From NCBI GenBank assembly GCA_964234715.1, contig OZ174281.1: 64,000 bases of DNA; one strand, written 5' to 3'. Of this stretch, positions 1 through 12,405 are shown piece after piece; position 1 is the first letter of the stretch; each line of letters starts with the position of its first letter. The position numbers and the translations under genes were made by a program. Origin of the DNA: Podarcis melisellensis. Its lineage: Eukaryota. The notes beneath the pieces were generated by a model. That model was not told the DNA's origin. It saw only the letters and a list, made by a program, of their open reading frames with translations, and searched no databases.

Positions 1-670
1 AGAGCAGCACTGGGCGACTAGTTGTTAGTCCCCATATATAACATCTATATGAAGCCTTATGGCATGGTTATTAGGGGATTTAGAGCATCAAATCTTTCAG
101 TATGTTGGAAACACTCAGTTCTAGTACTCTATAGTATCTGAATCAGGAGTGGGCATGCAATTCCTGAGCCAGTATCTGGATGAAGTGGTAGGCTGGGAGA
201 GGGTCAAAAGACTGAGATTAAATCCTGGCAAGATGGAGGAATTGTGTGTGAGTTGCTCCTGGATCCAGGAAATTGCCTATTTGCCTGTTCAGGATAGGGT
301 CACAAACCTTTTGAAGGAGCAGCCTCGTAGTTGATTCATCTTTGCCACTAGAGACTCATGTGGCTTCAGTAGCTGAAAGTATCTTCTACCAGGTTTGGCT
401 GGTATACCAGCTATGGTCATTGCTCAACAGGGATAATCTGGCCATGGTGGTCCATATGCTGGTAAACCTGAGATGGTTTGCACTCTATTTGAGACTGCCC
501 TTGACGATGGGCTGGAAGCTCCAGTTAGCTAAAATCCTGCTGAGAGGTTACCATCATCAGCACATTACACCTTTCTTAAGCATCTGCACTGTCTGCCTAT
601 ATAAGAATAACAATATTATTATTTATACCCCACCCATCTGGCTATTGTATGGGGCCAAGTTCGAAGGCAG
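1..670 (+). mobile_element. Degraded L2/CR1-group LINE reverse-transcriptase fragment
   Basis: Peptides RLRLNPGKMEEL, HVASVAESIFYQVWLVYQL, LAMVVHMLV, LPLTMGWKLQL resemble the RT C-terminal region of squamate L2-type LINEs. Many stops and frameshifts. Confidence 0.75.
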
Positions 671-844
671 TCTCTGAAATAACAAGAATGTTTGAAAACT
701 ATCTATTCATGACTAAAACAGGGAACTATAAGCTTGATCACACAAACTAGTACACATCATTGTAACATAAAGAGCAGTACTACAAAGTCAAAAGCTTAAG
801 TGCCATGCAGATAAGATACAAGACTTTACAACACACTTAGTAGC

Positions 845-1439
845 TGCCATGGACTGGCTGGATGCAAAGGAGTGGTAGGAGGCATCAGTTGGGGAACCCC
901 CTGGAGAACCAAGCCTAGGAAATTAGTGGTGGAGTGACAATGAGTGGTCACAGGGAGAAGCAGCAGACTGGAAGGAGGCATCAGCTGCAGAAGAGGCGGC
1001 AGGCTTTAGTGAACAGGAAGAGGCTACGGCAGAGAGCAGTTTGCACTCTGAGACTGAAGCAGAAGCCGGAGGGGAGGGTGGTCAAGAGACAAAGTTGAGA
1101 CAGGCTGCTGAAGAATCCAGGGAGTCCCCCCCTCCTGCTGCAACCAGCTTCTCTCCTCCCTAGTCTCCTAGAACTCTCCTAGAATTCAATGAAATGGGCA
1201 GAGCAGAGGATGCTTGCGCACAGAAACCACCTGAGACAGTGTGGGAAAGACCCAGAAGAGGAGGAGTCCTACTGAGAACTGGGAAGGCTCACCTTCCATC
1301 CTCACAACAGCTTCATCAGGGCAAGACTTCCTAGAAAGAGTTTCTGAGAATGCTAGGCCCGAGCTGTGCTTCTTTCCTTGAATAATGAGTTAACTTCACT
1401 GGCAAGTTATTGCTTTGTTGAAGATCTACAGCCCTGACA
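845..1439 (+). mobile_element. Probable solo LTR
   Basis: TG...CA termini (TGCCATGG ... CCCTGACA) with imperfect inverted ends, flanked by GTAGC/GTAGT 5-bp TSD-like sequences. About 595 bp. Confidence 0.55.
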
Positions 1440-2410
1440 GTAGTTGGCAAAACATGGCTAACTGCCTTCCTTAGAGAAACACTACAGCAAATCTAATTTG
1501 CATGGAGGAAGGCATAGAAAACTACAGCACACTCATCTAAGTTAGGAGGGAGGGAGGGATGGGGGGAGAAAGAGAGAGAGAGAGCGCAAACCATCTCCCA
1601 GATCCTGTCCAGCCACAATGAACCCTGCTGCTGCCTTCCAGTGTTTCACTATTTCCACAAGGGCAGACACCAGAGCCTTATGTACCATTAAATAAATTCT
1701 GCACTATCTATTGACAGAAGAGCCGGCATCAGATCAGAGATTATATTTCTGAGATTCTACTCAAAATCTATATGATATCCTGAACTCAAAATAGAGTGGC
1801 TTCCCATCCTCTATAATGCATATCTTTATCCCTATTCCAGAATGCAGGATGAAGTAGGAAAATGATAATAGGGGATGGCTGGGTGGGGGGCAGAAACCCG
1901 GCCCAGTGCTTCCAAACCTTTACTATACATTCAGGAATGGGTTCCCCATGCTGCACAAAGCAAATCAGGAAAGGGTAAGGGTACCCATGGGGCAACCTTT
2001 GACCCTCTAAAAATGTGAACTATTTGCTTCAATTGTTGTAACCAATTAATTTCGCCAACACTAAACCTCCATTGTCACAGGCACCTTTGCTGATTTGGCT
2101 AAACCTCAGTCAACAAGGCAAACAATAGGGGTGACAGGGGGTACCCCTGCTTAGTGCCCTATGGGGATTTACACCAGGGAAGACAGGCCCATTCATTCGA
2201 ATTGTTGCAGTTGTGACTGAATAGAGCTGTTGGATTGAACAGATACATTTTTCGCCAAACCCCCTTGTCCATTCAATACGATCTAATACCTTAATGATAT
2301 CCACTGAGAACAGTACTGCTGGGATTCTGTATAACCACATTCAGCACCATTCTGATGGAGTCTGCTATATTCTACCTAGGGATAAAACAAGTTTCATCAG
2401 GGGAAATATA

Positions 2411-2658
2411 AAATAAAAAAATTCCTTCCAGTAGCACCTTAAAGACCAACTAAGTTAGTTCTTGGTATGAGCTTTCGTGTGCATGCACACTTCTTCAGAT
2501 ATCGTGTGCATGCACACTTCTTCAGGTATCTGAAGAAGTGTGCATGCACACGAAAGCTCATACCAAGAACTAACTTAGTTGGTCTTTAAGGTGCTACTGG
2601 AAGGAATTTTTTTATTTTGTTTTGACTATGGCAGACCAACACGGCTACCTATCTGTAA
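2411..2658 (+). mobile_element. Penelope-like element terminal fragment with inverted duplication; 13-bp TSD
   Basis: Near-perfect ~90-bp inverted arms. Each carries the motif CTGAAGAAGTGTGCATGCACACGAAAGCTCATA. TSD CAGGGGAAATATA at 2398-2410 and 2659-2671. Confidence 0.8.
2525..2564 (+). ncRNA. Minimal type-I hammerhead ribozyme motif (Penelope-associated)
   Basis: Stem I GGTAT/ATACC, core CTGAAGA, stem II GTGTGC-AT-GCACAC, GAAA, palindromic AGCT mini stem III, then UC cleavage site. A mirror copy lies on the minus strand at ~2465-2500. Confidence 0.6.
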
Positions 2659-5600
2659 CAGGGGAAATATAGTCACTGATGAAAACATTCAGTTTGAGGA
2701 CCATCACTGCTGATAGCAATTTGTCATCTTGGTTTATCAGTGCTATGGGATGGTAAAAGGCCACAAGGGCCACTGACTAGGCTTCAAGAGAACCACAATT
2801 TTAGATTGCTTACCCATGTCTGGTATGGTAGCCCACTCAAGAATCTTATTGAGCAGCTTGTTCAGCCATGAGGTCAGCTCAGCTCAGAAGGTCTCATAGA
2901 AGCCCCCCACTGAAACCATTCAAACCCAGGCAATTTCTGTTCTTTCATCATTTTACATCTTCATTGACTTCCATTTCTGTTATAGGCTGGTTCAAGAACT
3001 TTCTGTGCTCACCTGACAGAACTCTGAGGTGTACCCTCAACAAAGAAGCATTTATGTATTGATGCATCTATGTATTTATGCACCTAAGCATTGTCCAAGG
3101 AGTAGAGGGCAGCACAGAATTTGGTACCTCCTCTGTCTTAGCTTCATAACACACTTTTCCTAATGCCTGTTACTAAGCTTCTGGGCTTTTTCAAGGCATG
3201 AGCCAGCAGTTTGAAGCATCTGTCTCCAAACTCTATTTACTTTACTTTTTGTTTTCATACTGCAAAAGCCATCACCCATTGTGCTTATTGTCTCATGACT
3301 TGAGGAGAGTTGGCATGAAGCTGCCATTAAGCTTGTGTGCAGGCCCTGCCCCCAACCCAACTAAACATTTCCTAAGATTTGCCCCCAAAGGCAGAGCTCC
3401 TGGATGCTGCTGGCAGGAGACTGAAGCTGGCTGGTAATGGCACATTTCCAAAAAGGAGAACCAAAAGTTATTCTGCCTGGTCCCGATAAATGCCTACACT
3501 GTGAGCTACACTATGGTTCAAACTGCTATGTTAAAAACATAAACCTTACCTCTGCCATACTGAGTGTGGGACTACATCACAACTTCTGCAACACAGGGTA
3601 TTATACAGACATTGCCAAGATGTTTCTGCAGCACCAGAGGCAGACGGTTATAATATATAAAAACCTTAGCCTTCTTTCTATTGCGTGCCAAAAACAAGTC
3701 GTGGCAATGCCAGCATTTGGGATCAGAGTGTCAGAAAGTTAATTAACCTTAAACTACAAAAGTTATCCCCTCACACCAGAGATCTATGGGCACAATACAA
3801 GTCCTCACTTCCACAGTCCCGTTCTCAGTTCATAACTGTTTCTGGAGTACTCTGGATTCTGCCTCAGTGCAAGGATTTGAGTACCACCTGATTTAGCTCT
3901 GTAATGCCAGCTGGTAGTTTCATGACACTAATCTTGGTTAAAAAAGAAAACAACACCAAACATGTACACTAGTAATCTGACAAGTGCACCATGCTCATTC
4001 TTTTTTGCAGACTGACTTAAACAGTTGTTTCTTGTGCACAATGCCAGGAGTAGTAAATTCGCCCCACTCAAAAGCAAGCTGTTACAAAATTGGTCAAAGC
4101 AGCCTTGATATTTCCCTACTATAGAAACTACACAGCCTACCATGTAACCAAGAATATCAACACAATTGATGGACATCCTGATTTGTCACCAGAAATTAGA
4201 ATAAATGTAGTCTCATTTCCAAATTGATCCAACTGAAAGGAAGTCAGAGGAATCCATATGATCTTAGCACTAATGGAAGGCCAAGAAGGTGCTGGCAGCT
4301 TCTTTCCCTACTATATACATACATGGATGTCTAAAAAGGCCTGCTCTGTCCCACATCCTTCAAAGGCCATGTCTATGGTGAAGTTTTATTTCCTTGGAAA
4401 TAATGGCTTATCTTTGAACTACTTGTTAGCATCTTCATAGCATTTATAGTGGAATTTGCATGTATCTTATTGATTGCTTTTAAAAGTAATGCAAGCCGCC
4501 ATCCCAAACATTTTCTTTTCTTTCCAAGGAAGCTCACCAGCTTCCCATTAAAGGACATTTTCCCTTCTCTGAGCATTTTCTCTTCTAGATTCCCTTCTTT
4601 TGCCAGCCTCGCAAGTTAAAGTAATGAATATACTGTACTTGGACAGGAAAAATCTGCCTTTTAAGTTCTGATTCCATATACCTCCAGATACAAGATGATG
4701 GACACTTACAGAAACATTAGTAGTATGGGCAACCCCCCATTTATGGGCGTTATGTTCCGAGGCACCACGCATATCTGTGAAACTGTGTATATTTGAAACA
4801 CCATTGGCAAAGCCTGAAGAAACCTCTAAACCTCTGGAAATCCTTGAAAACACCTTAAAAAACCAGCAGCACTTACCAGATGTTAAATTCCGTCAAACTC
4901 CACCACAACTGCTCCCTCCAAACCTCCTTGCTCAAACTCCAACTCTGCACAGGTCTCAACAGTTGGCGCAAGGGTTTGTGGGATTGATAGGTACAGTTTT
5001 CACACCTTTCTGGACTCTTTTAGGAGCATTTTTTGCCATTTGGCACAATGCACGTATGCGCAGCCACACACATACTGAATGTGCATAAACAGGGTGGGGG
5101 GCTGCATTCTTGCTGTTCATCTAAACTTCCATGCACAATTGGACTTTTGAATTGGCACAATAACTTCCTCCTCTTAAATACCTGGGGTCTAGTATTCAAA
5201 AATTTCACTGCTTCTTAGCACCATTACTAGGAAAAATAGGAAGTTATTTTCATCAAGCTCAGTGGGGTGGGGCTTACTTCCAAAAAACATAGGATGAGAC
5301 TATAAAAATTATATTATCAGTGAAACACACCTATGAATAATTGTTTCTTTCAAAACCTGACATTTAAGAAATATATGTTTTGGAACCTTGTAATTCACCA
5401 AACCACAGAAGAGGAACCTGCTGCAATAATGTTGAATTTTTTTACATAATCTAAGATTCCAAAAGGAGGGAAATTTAAACCATGTTTTTAGGTGGGCATA
5501 GAAATGGTCAGAAAAATACGGCATTCCTGAACCTCAAAGCATTTAAAAACCAAGCAAAAAAACTGCTCTTACTCCACCGTTCTTGACTAATTTTTTCTCA

Positions 5601-5823
5601 AAGAGGTAGCTACTCCTTGATTTTGTACTGATATACAAATTTTCTCAATTCTTTAAAGAACAGAATTTTCATACTTTGTACTGCTAAAGCTCATCAATCT
5701 AAGCACTATATAATATCATCAGAAATTGTATAACAGCAAAAGCAAACCAAGACTTTGCCCAGAGTCTTGCAGTCTACAGACGTGATATGCTAAGTAACAC
5801 ACACAAACTGAAATATCCAACTA

Positions 5824-6050
5824 CAGTGGTACCTCGGGTTAAATACGCTTCAGGTTACAGACTCCGCTAACCCAGAAATAGTGCTTCAAGTTAAGAACTT
5901 TGCTTCAGGATAAGAACAGAAATCTTGCTCCGGCGGCGCGGCAGCAGCAGGAGGCCCCCATTAGCTAAAGTGGTGCTTCAGGTTAAGAACAGTTTTAGGT
6001 TAAGAACGGACCTCTGGAACGCATTAAGTACTTAACCCAAGGTACCACTG
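5824..6050. mobile_element. Tc1/mariner-pogo-type MITE
   Basis: TIRs CAGTGGTACCTCGGGTTAA / TTAACCCAAGGTACCACTG and TA TSDs. Confidence 0.85.
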
Positions 6051-9000
6051 TATTCTACAAGTTACTATGCAATTCAGTTTGAAGCTTTTATGACCAGAGA
6101 TTGTAGGACTTTTGCAGTTAGTAAACTTGGAAAGATCGCCCCTAAAGCAGCAACTGACAAAAACACAAAACTCATTTTAAGAAGAGTTGCATAAATCTAT
6201 CAAGCCTAGGCTAAACTAACATATTAATACCTACTGACAAAAATATTTAGGGTCTGTGCCCCTGCTCTCTCTGCATGGCCATTCCCCCATAAACCTCTAA
6301 AAGCTTTCCCCTCCCACGCCATGCAACTAAGTTCACTTTTGCCTTCCCAAGCCCATTTCTGAAAGCACTTCTCTTGTTCCGCAGTCCTACTATGCACCTG
6401 TTTTCAGCTTCACCTCTACACTGCCCCTCCTTTTGTGTAACCACCACCCCCCCGCACACAAACCACCCTCAAAGCCACCTCCTGCATCTTCCTCCTCTCA
6501 CACATGGCAACGATGCCGTACCCTTTGCACATTCTACCCAACTAAGAAGCTACCAACCCCTCCTATTCCTCAGACCCTTTCATCTCCCTGCTTTCTTCTT
6601 CAACCCCATTCCATTTTTACCTTCACTCCCTTTTTTCTTCCACCCTCCTTACCTTTCTCAACTCTCCCTTGCACACAAAGAACACCCATTTCCATCTATT
6701 GTGTCGCAGATAGCTCAGTTCTGCTCCTCCTAACATTGATCCTGCCCCCAATGTTAGTCCGACATGCCGCCACCTCTCCAGTTGTGCTCTCCTGCTCCCT
6801 TTGCACATACACAACACTTTCACCCTCATCCTTTTTTCAGTTCTCTCTTGCACACAGACCTTTCTCACTTTCATGCCTCCTCCTCTCTCCCAATTCTGCA
6901 GCTTCCTTTGCCTGCACACCTCATGCTGATAAATGATCCTGTAAGATGAATAGAATCCTAAGAGCAAGGCTGTCAGTCAGCTGATTCAGTTAGAGCATGT
7001 TAAGTTCAGCTGATGGATGTTGTACATACAGGCGACTCCCCACTCACACTTGTTCTACTTGTGCTCAACTGCACATATGTGTGGTGCCAGGAAATGATTA
7101 GATAATTCAATTCAAAACCAGTAATGGCGGGAGAGAGCTGGAGAGTCCTCATGGCTTGCAAGGAGACCCAAAGAGAGCATCAGTGAGGACAGAGGACACA
7201 CCGAAGAGACTGGAGGTGCAGCAGGGCTTTGTGTAGGGGAGCAAAGCCTCCTTTGCTTTCCCACAATCCTCTAGCGTCCTGCTGGCCCCAGAGCTTCAAT
7301 TCTAGATGTCAATATTTTTGGATACAGTATTTTTGGTATGGATTGGAGAGCGGCAGAGAGGGGGTTTAGAGAGTGCTCCCCACTTTACACAATTTCACTC
7401 ATCTGTGCAGGAGCCCAGAACATAACCCCTGTGTAAGCGAGGAGTTGCCTGCATATGTTTGCTTGCTAATAAAATATCTTCTGAAGTACTACATAGACTC
7501 TGGTACTTCCTCCTGAAGACAGCACAGTGTACCAGGAGGTGAAATACAATGGTGGGAAGGTACCATGGAATGTTTGAGGGCTCCACATCCTTTATCTCTC
7601 TCACATGAGGCAGTTGAGGAGTGGAAAAGGGAGAATTTTAAAACAGCCCTTGTTTTCTTTCTCCCTGTACTCAAAGAACAGTCAGAAGTTTGAATAAAGC
7701 AGGGGAGGAGGGAGACTGAGGGGTTGCTGTTGCTGTTTTAAATAAAAAGTTTAACAAGGAGAAAGAGTAGAGATAGGTACAACACAGGCGCTAACACCAA
7801 AAGTTAACATAACAGAGCCTTTCCAAACTCCCTTCTCACTGTACTCAGACCTTGTTGTAAACTGCCACTCTCAGCCTCACCAAGCCCTCTGCCAAGCCCT
7901 GGCTGTTTCCCCCCTCTTAGTTTTCCCTCCAATGATGCAGAGCCCTCAGATATTGCATTGCATGAAAGGGACTTCACACAAGCTTCCGCCACTGTTTCCT
8001 CCATCCCTGCTTTACTCATACTTTCCCCTTGTCAGTGTCTCTCCATTCTTACTCCCATGCCGTGGCCCCTGGTGTTGTGCAACATGCCTTCCCTTTTGCT
8101 CCTCTCCCCTGACTTCCTTCAAATCCAGGACTGTGACGTGGTACTGCAACCCTCCAATGAGGGCCATAGAATGGCAGCCTTAGATTTTTATGTATATAGG
8201 AAGAAACATAATTTGATTTGCATTCAGCACACTATTTTAGAATGGACAACGTTGGTCAATCGAAGGCAAATCCTTGAGTACCGTAAGTTCACCAGTATAA
8301 ATATCCTCTGCATTCAGTACCTCTGGTGTCCAGCAAATACAAGAAGCTCCAAGAATCTCAAGCCACCTCTATAGGGAAATCAATGGTTGTTTGCCTGACT
8401 TACAAATCCACAAGGTGGATTTTTGGGTGAAAATTGGGCAGAGTTATTGGTTCCTTAAGGAGCCTGGAAATATGAAAACAAAACTCAAATTTGAATATCC
8501 TTATGACCTGAGCCTAAAAATATGAAGGTCTGAAATTCAAGATAGCCAAATTACAACCCAATCGACAACCCAGGTTAGGTTGACTATTTTTCTTGAAACA
8601 TTTGTTCCAAATCATTACAGTAATTACAATAAGACAAAATCAGCTTTAGTTATATAGCAGTTATTGATAAAGGCCCACGATAGTCTAAGCAAGGCCATTG
8701 ATCCATCTGAACTCTATATAGTTCAGTTAACAGGGATACACATAAAATTATACTTTCACTTGATGCTTCCTTCTGCTGTTTCCAAGTCTGACAAAAGAGC
8801 AATTTGCATATATGCTTGAAGTTACTTTAGATCCTCCCTCAACAAGCTAATTATTCATATTCAAATTAAATATGGTACCAACACACAAGCTCTCAGAAAC
8901 AGATGCCATTAAGGATGTTTGTTACAAAAAACCCTTTGGGTTGTTAGAAAAATTGCAACTTTTCATCTACTTAAACAAAATTATAAATGCCATTGTTATA

Positions 9001-9328
9001 AAGTTTACCTCTCAAAGGAGGCTGTTTTGTGGGAGGAACTTAATGGAAAAAACGTGTGCTTCTAGAGTGAATGTTAAACAGCAACTTCTAATGAAAAATA
9101 AATATATGCTAACCTAATAAAGCAACATTTCAACAGCAAAACTATTTATTTAAAGCATTTATATGCTGCTTTTCCAGCATTCAGTAATATATAAGCAAAC
9201 TTTATCTTTAAAAGAAGTTAAACAGAGCAGCTTTTTTTTTTAATTAGCAAAGAAACTCAGTCAGTTTTGCCAAATAAAACCTGAAACAAAGTTCCAACTT
9301 TTTCTGAAAGGATAAACACCCTCTAGAG

Positions 9329-9514
9329 CAGGGGAAGTCAACCTTTTTATACCTACTGCCCACTAATGCATCTTTCTTGATGGTAAACTTTCCTTACCTC
9401 CCACCAGTGCTCAATGGAAGGAGCATTCAGCTTCTGCCGTAGAACCCCCTACCGCCCACCTAGAATCCTGAAACACCCACTAGTGGGCGGTAGGGACCAG
9501 GTTGACAACCCCTG
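9329..9514. mobile_element. hAT (Charlie-like) MITE
   Basis: TIR CAGGGGAAGTCAACCT / AGGTTGACAACCCCTG. 8-bp TSD CTCTAGAG/ATCTAGAA fits the nTCTAGAn target preference. Confidence 0.8.
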
Positions 9515-9529
9515 ATCTAGAAGATCTAA

Positions 9530-9880
9530 ACACGGGCAACTCTAGCAAAAAGCCTGACGTTTGCACAGGGCGGAGACTGATTTCCCGAGCAAAGACAGTG
9601 TGATGGTCTCTCTACAGGCCAAGGAAGTCTGAAGATACTTGGGTTGCCAGATGAGAAGGCCTATGAAAAATAAAGCACCAGCACTTTTCTGTGGGTCTGG
9701 AAGCAACCATAATCAGTACAATTGTCGCAGGACTAGTATAACATGTACCCATCTTCCAAATATTCACCAAGGGGTAAACAACAGCACTTTGCACAAGCTG
9801 CAGCTTCCATGCCATCGTCAAGGGCAGCTCCACATTCAATGTGTTTAAAATTAGCATCAAAGCTAACCACTACAGTTGTT
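9530..9880 (-). mobile_element. L2-type LINE fragment
   Basis: Minus ORF LNVELPLTMAWKLQLVQSAV, same family as 1-670. Confidence 0.65.
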
Positions 9881-11322
9881 ATATGTGGAGAAATGAAAAG
9901 CCGTATGAGATATGGCATATGTGGTACACGTTACCAAAATATTTGATCCTACCTATCTTTTGATAACAGAAGATACACTGGGAAGGAACAAACTGGGAAG
10001 GGACACACATTTCTGTGGCCACTACTCAAGCCACACTTAAACTCCTTTAGACTTGTTTTCACAATGTAAAATAAAGGGGGAGATTCAACTAAGTTTAACT
10101 CAGGAGTAGACCCACTGAAATTAGTGGGCCTGCCATAGACATGTTCATGAATTACAATGGGTCTATCCTGAGCAAAACTTTGCTAAATACTACCCAAGGA
10201 ACATAGTTGCACTAAAAAGCCTCAATGTTTTGCAAAACTAACAGGGCAGTTTATTGAGTCAAAAACACAACAAAATGCATTCGTCTTCAAAAACTGAAAT
10301 GAACAGATTCTGTCTGTTACCCGTAGTCAGGTAATCTACATATGGTTTAGCAACGTACCTAAAGGCCAAGAATCAGCCCCATCCCCTTACAGCAAATATT
10401 AGTTTCAGTCTTTGCAAAATGGGATAAAACTTTGTATTGTACAACAGCACATACTGAAAAGTACTAGAAACTTTATGAACAACACTGGATTCTTGGGGGG
10501 CCATTTTAAAAACTCTTCAAATGGTTTGCAAGATACCCCCATACATCTGCGGTTATTTTTAAAGGAATTACTGTATTCAGAGGTCACCTTTATACTGCCT
10601 CTTCAACGCTTTAGAAGAATGACCAGGTAAGAGATGCTAACATTAAAACAAGCTTTAAAATTTGTAGAAGACAAATTCTTGTTTAAGAGGCCAAGGTTGC
10701 AGGCAGCTAAAATGACTGATGAACTTTGTAAAAGCAAGAAGGTAGAATTTGTAATATACAAAACTTGCAGTCCTTTCAATGAAGCTCATGGCAAAGATCA
10801 GCATCTAAACCACATAACTAGGTCTAAATGGCTACAGGAATGCTCAACTTTATTGAACAGCAGCTCTCTGTACTACATGGTGAACATCTTTAGAAACTGG
10901 CATGAGTTTCAGAGTAATTTGTTCCTTGGAATGTGTCTCAGGGTCTGCAGTTCACGGGGAAGCAAAGCCGAAGTCCCCATTGCCCAACATCTGGGCAGAC
11001 CTCTAAAGCAATAGCCCTCTGGATTCTCCAATCAAATTGTTTTAAGTTTGAAATCAAGGTATGCATGGGCCAAGCGCATTCTATTACTCATATGAAGCAT
11101 ATTTTACGCATTGTACATATCAATGCCAGAATTTTTCACTTTCAGCCTTCATAATTTTAAGCCGGTTAGACATGAATCGCTCCTCTGAACACAATGCCTG
11201 TTGCTAAGTAATTCACAACATGAAAATCAACACTTTGACAAGTGTTGTCTTTGATCAAGAATTCTTAAGTGATGGTTAAATCTTGATTAAAAATAAATAA
11301 AGGATCAAATCTGTGTTTAACA

Positions 11323-11408
11323 CTGCAATCCTATGTGTGCTTACTTGGAAACAAGCCCCACTATGTTCAGTGCGTCTTACTCCTAGGCAAGTGTGCACAG
11401 AATAACAG
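11323..11408. repeat. Short palindromic (hairpin) MITE-like repeat
   Basis: CTGCAATCCTATG..TTACTTGGAA..CCCAC..GTTCAGTG..CTTACTCC..GTGCACAG. Related copies at ~10085-10190, 25351-25437, 32825-32890, 36545-36660, 41180-41280, 57860-57935 and 57940-58010. Confidence 0.65.
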
Positions 11409-11552
11409 CCTAGAAAAAGCTTTGAAGAAAAAAATGGTCAGCAATAAAAATTGGACTCCAATTCATTGCTACTTGCCCAATTCAGGAAGGCCTCTATAGC
11501 ATAGAGAAAAGGTTTGGAGAATTAGGAATGTGCTCACCTGTTCCTCATCTTA

Positions 11553-11908
11553 AGGTAAAGGTAAAGGTACCCCTGCCCGTACGGGCCAGTCTTGACAGAC
11601 TCTGGGGTTGTGCGCCCATCTCACTTAAGAGGCCAGGGGCCAGCGCTGTCCGGAGACACTTCCGGGTCACGTGGCCAGCGTGACATCGCTGCTCTGGCGA
11701 GCCAGAGCCGCACACGGAAACGCCGTTTACCTTCCCGCTGGTAAGCGGTCCCTATTTATCTACTTGCACCCGGAGGTGCTTTCGAACTGCTAGGTTGGCA
11801 GGCGCTGGGACCGAGCAGCGGGAGCGCACCCCGCAGCAGGGATTCGAACCGCCGACCTTTCGATCAGCAAGTCCTAGGTGCTGAGGCTTTAACCCACAGC
11901 GCCACCTG
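11553..11908 (-). mobile_element. Sauria SINE, full length
   Basis: (AAGGTA)n tail equal to (TACCTT)n on the minus strand, tRNA-like head with box B GGTTCGAATCCC on minus, 14-bp TSD TGTTCCTCATCTTA (11539-11552 / 11909-11922). Confidence 0.9.
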
Positions 11909-12399
11909 TGTTCCTCATCTTACCACATACCAATTCCTTTCTCTGTTTCCAGGTTTCTTCTAGCCAGAGTTTGCTAGCGCATCTAAATCAGGCTATGGTT
12001 TATGATAACCTTCAAACAAGGCTTTTAAGCGGGCATACAACCCGTACTATGAACATAATTATTTAGCCTTTTGAATAAGATTACATAGAATCTCTAACTA
12101 AAGGAAACCTAGAAATGGAGAAACTGGCACATGATAGGTTAGGAGCACATGGGACACATATTCCCAATGCTTCAAACAACTGTTTGGATGTCTGGAATGG
12201 ATGTCACAAACAGGCCACTGAATATTAACAAAGCAACTTGGACATTAAAAGCATTTCAATATGTACAGTTAATATTTCTCATTTATCTCCTGTTCTGTCA
12301 TTTCAATGGCTGCAGTTTCTCAGGGCACATATAAAGCCTTGGGCATTAGTGCATGCAATACATTAAAAGTGAGTACAAGCAGAACAGATCCATTGCCTT

Positions 12400-12405
12400 T
12401 TTATT
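12400..12405 (-). terminator. Candidate PURA polyadenylation signal AATAAA
   Basis: Minus strand reads CAGTACATTTGTAATAATAATAAAAAGGCAATGGATCTGTTC at the edge of the TE-free block. Confidence 0.5.

Larger units (their letters stand above)
1900..3040 (-). mobile_element. Old L1/Tx1-clade ORF2 RT remnant (interrupted by the Penelope insertion)
   Basis: Minus-strand remnants of QGYPLSPLLFAL, the VDIIKVLDRIEW (DAEKAFDRVEW-like) motif, a PIALINQDDKLL motif and a KCLGLNGFSG (PGPDG-like) motif. Confidence 0.65.

Noticed and set aside
3100-12300. IGIP-like small ORF expected downstream of PURA from mammalian synteny
   Set aside because: No peptide resembling IGIP was recognised. A tBLASTn search would be needed to exclude a degenerate copy.
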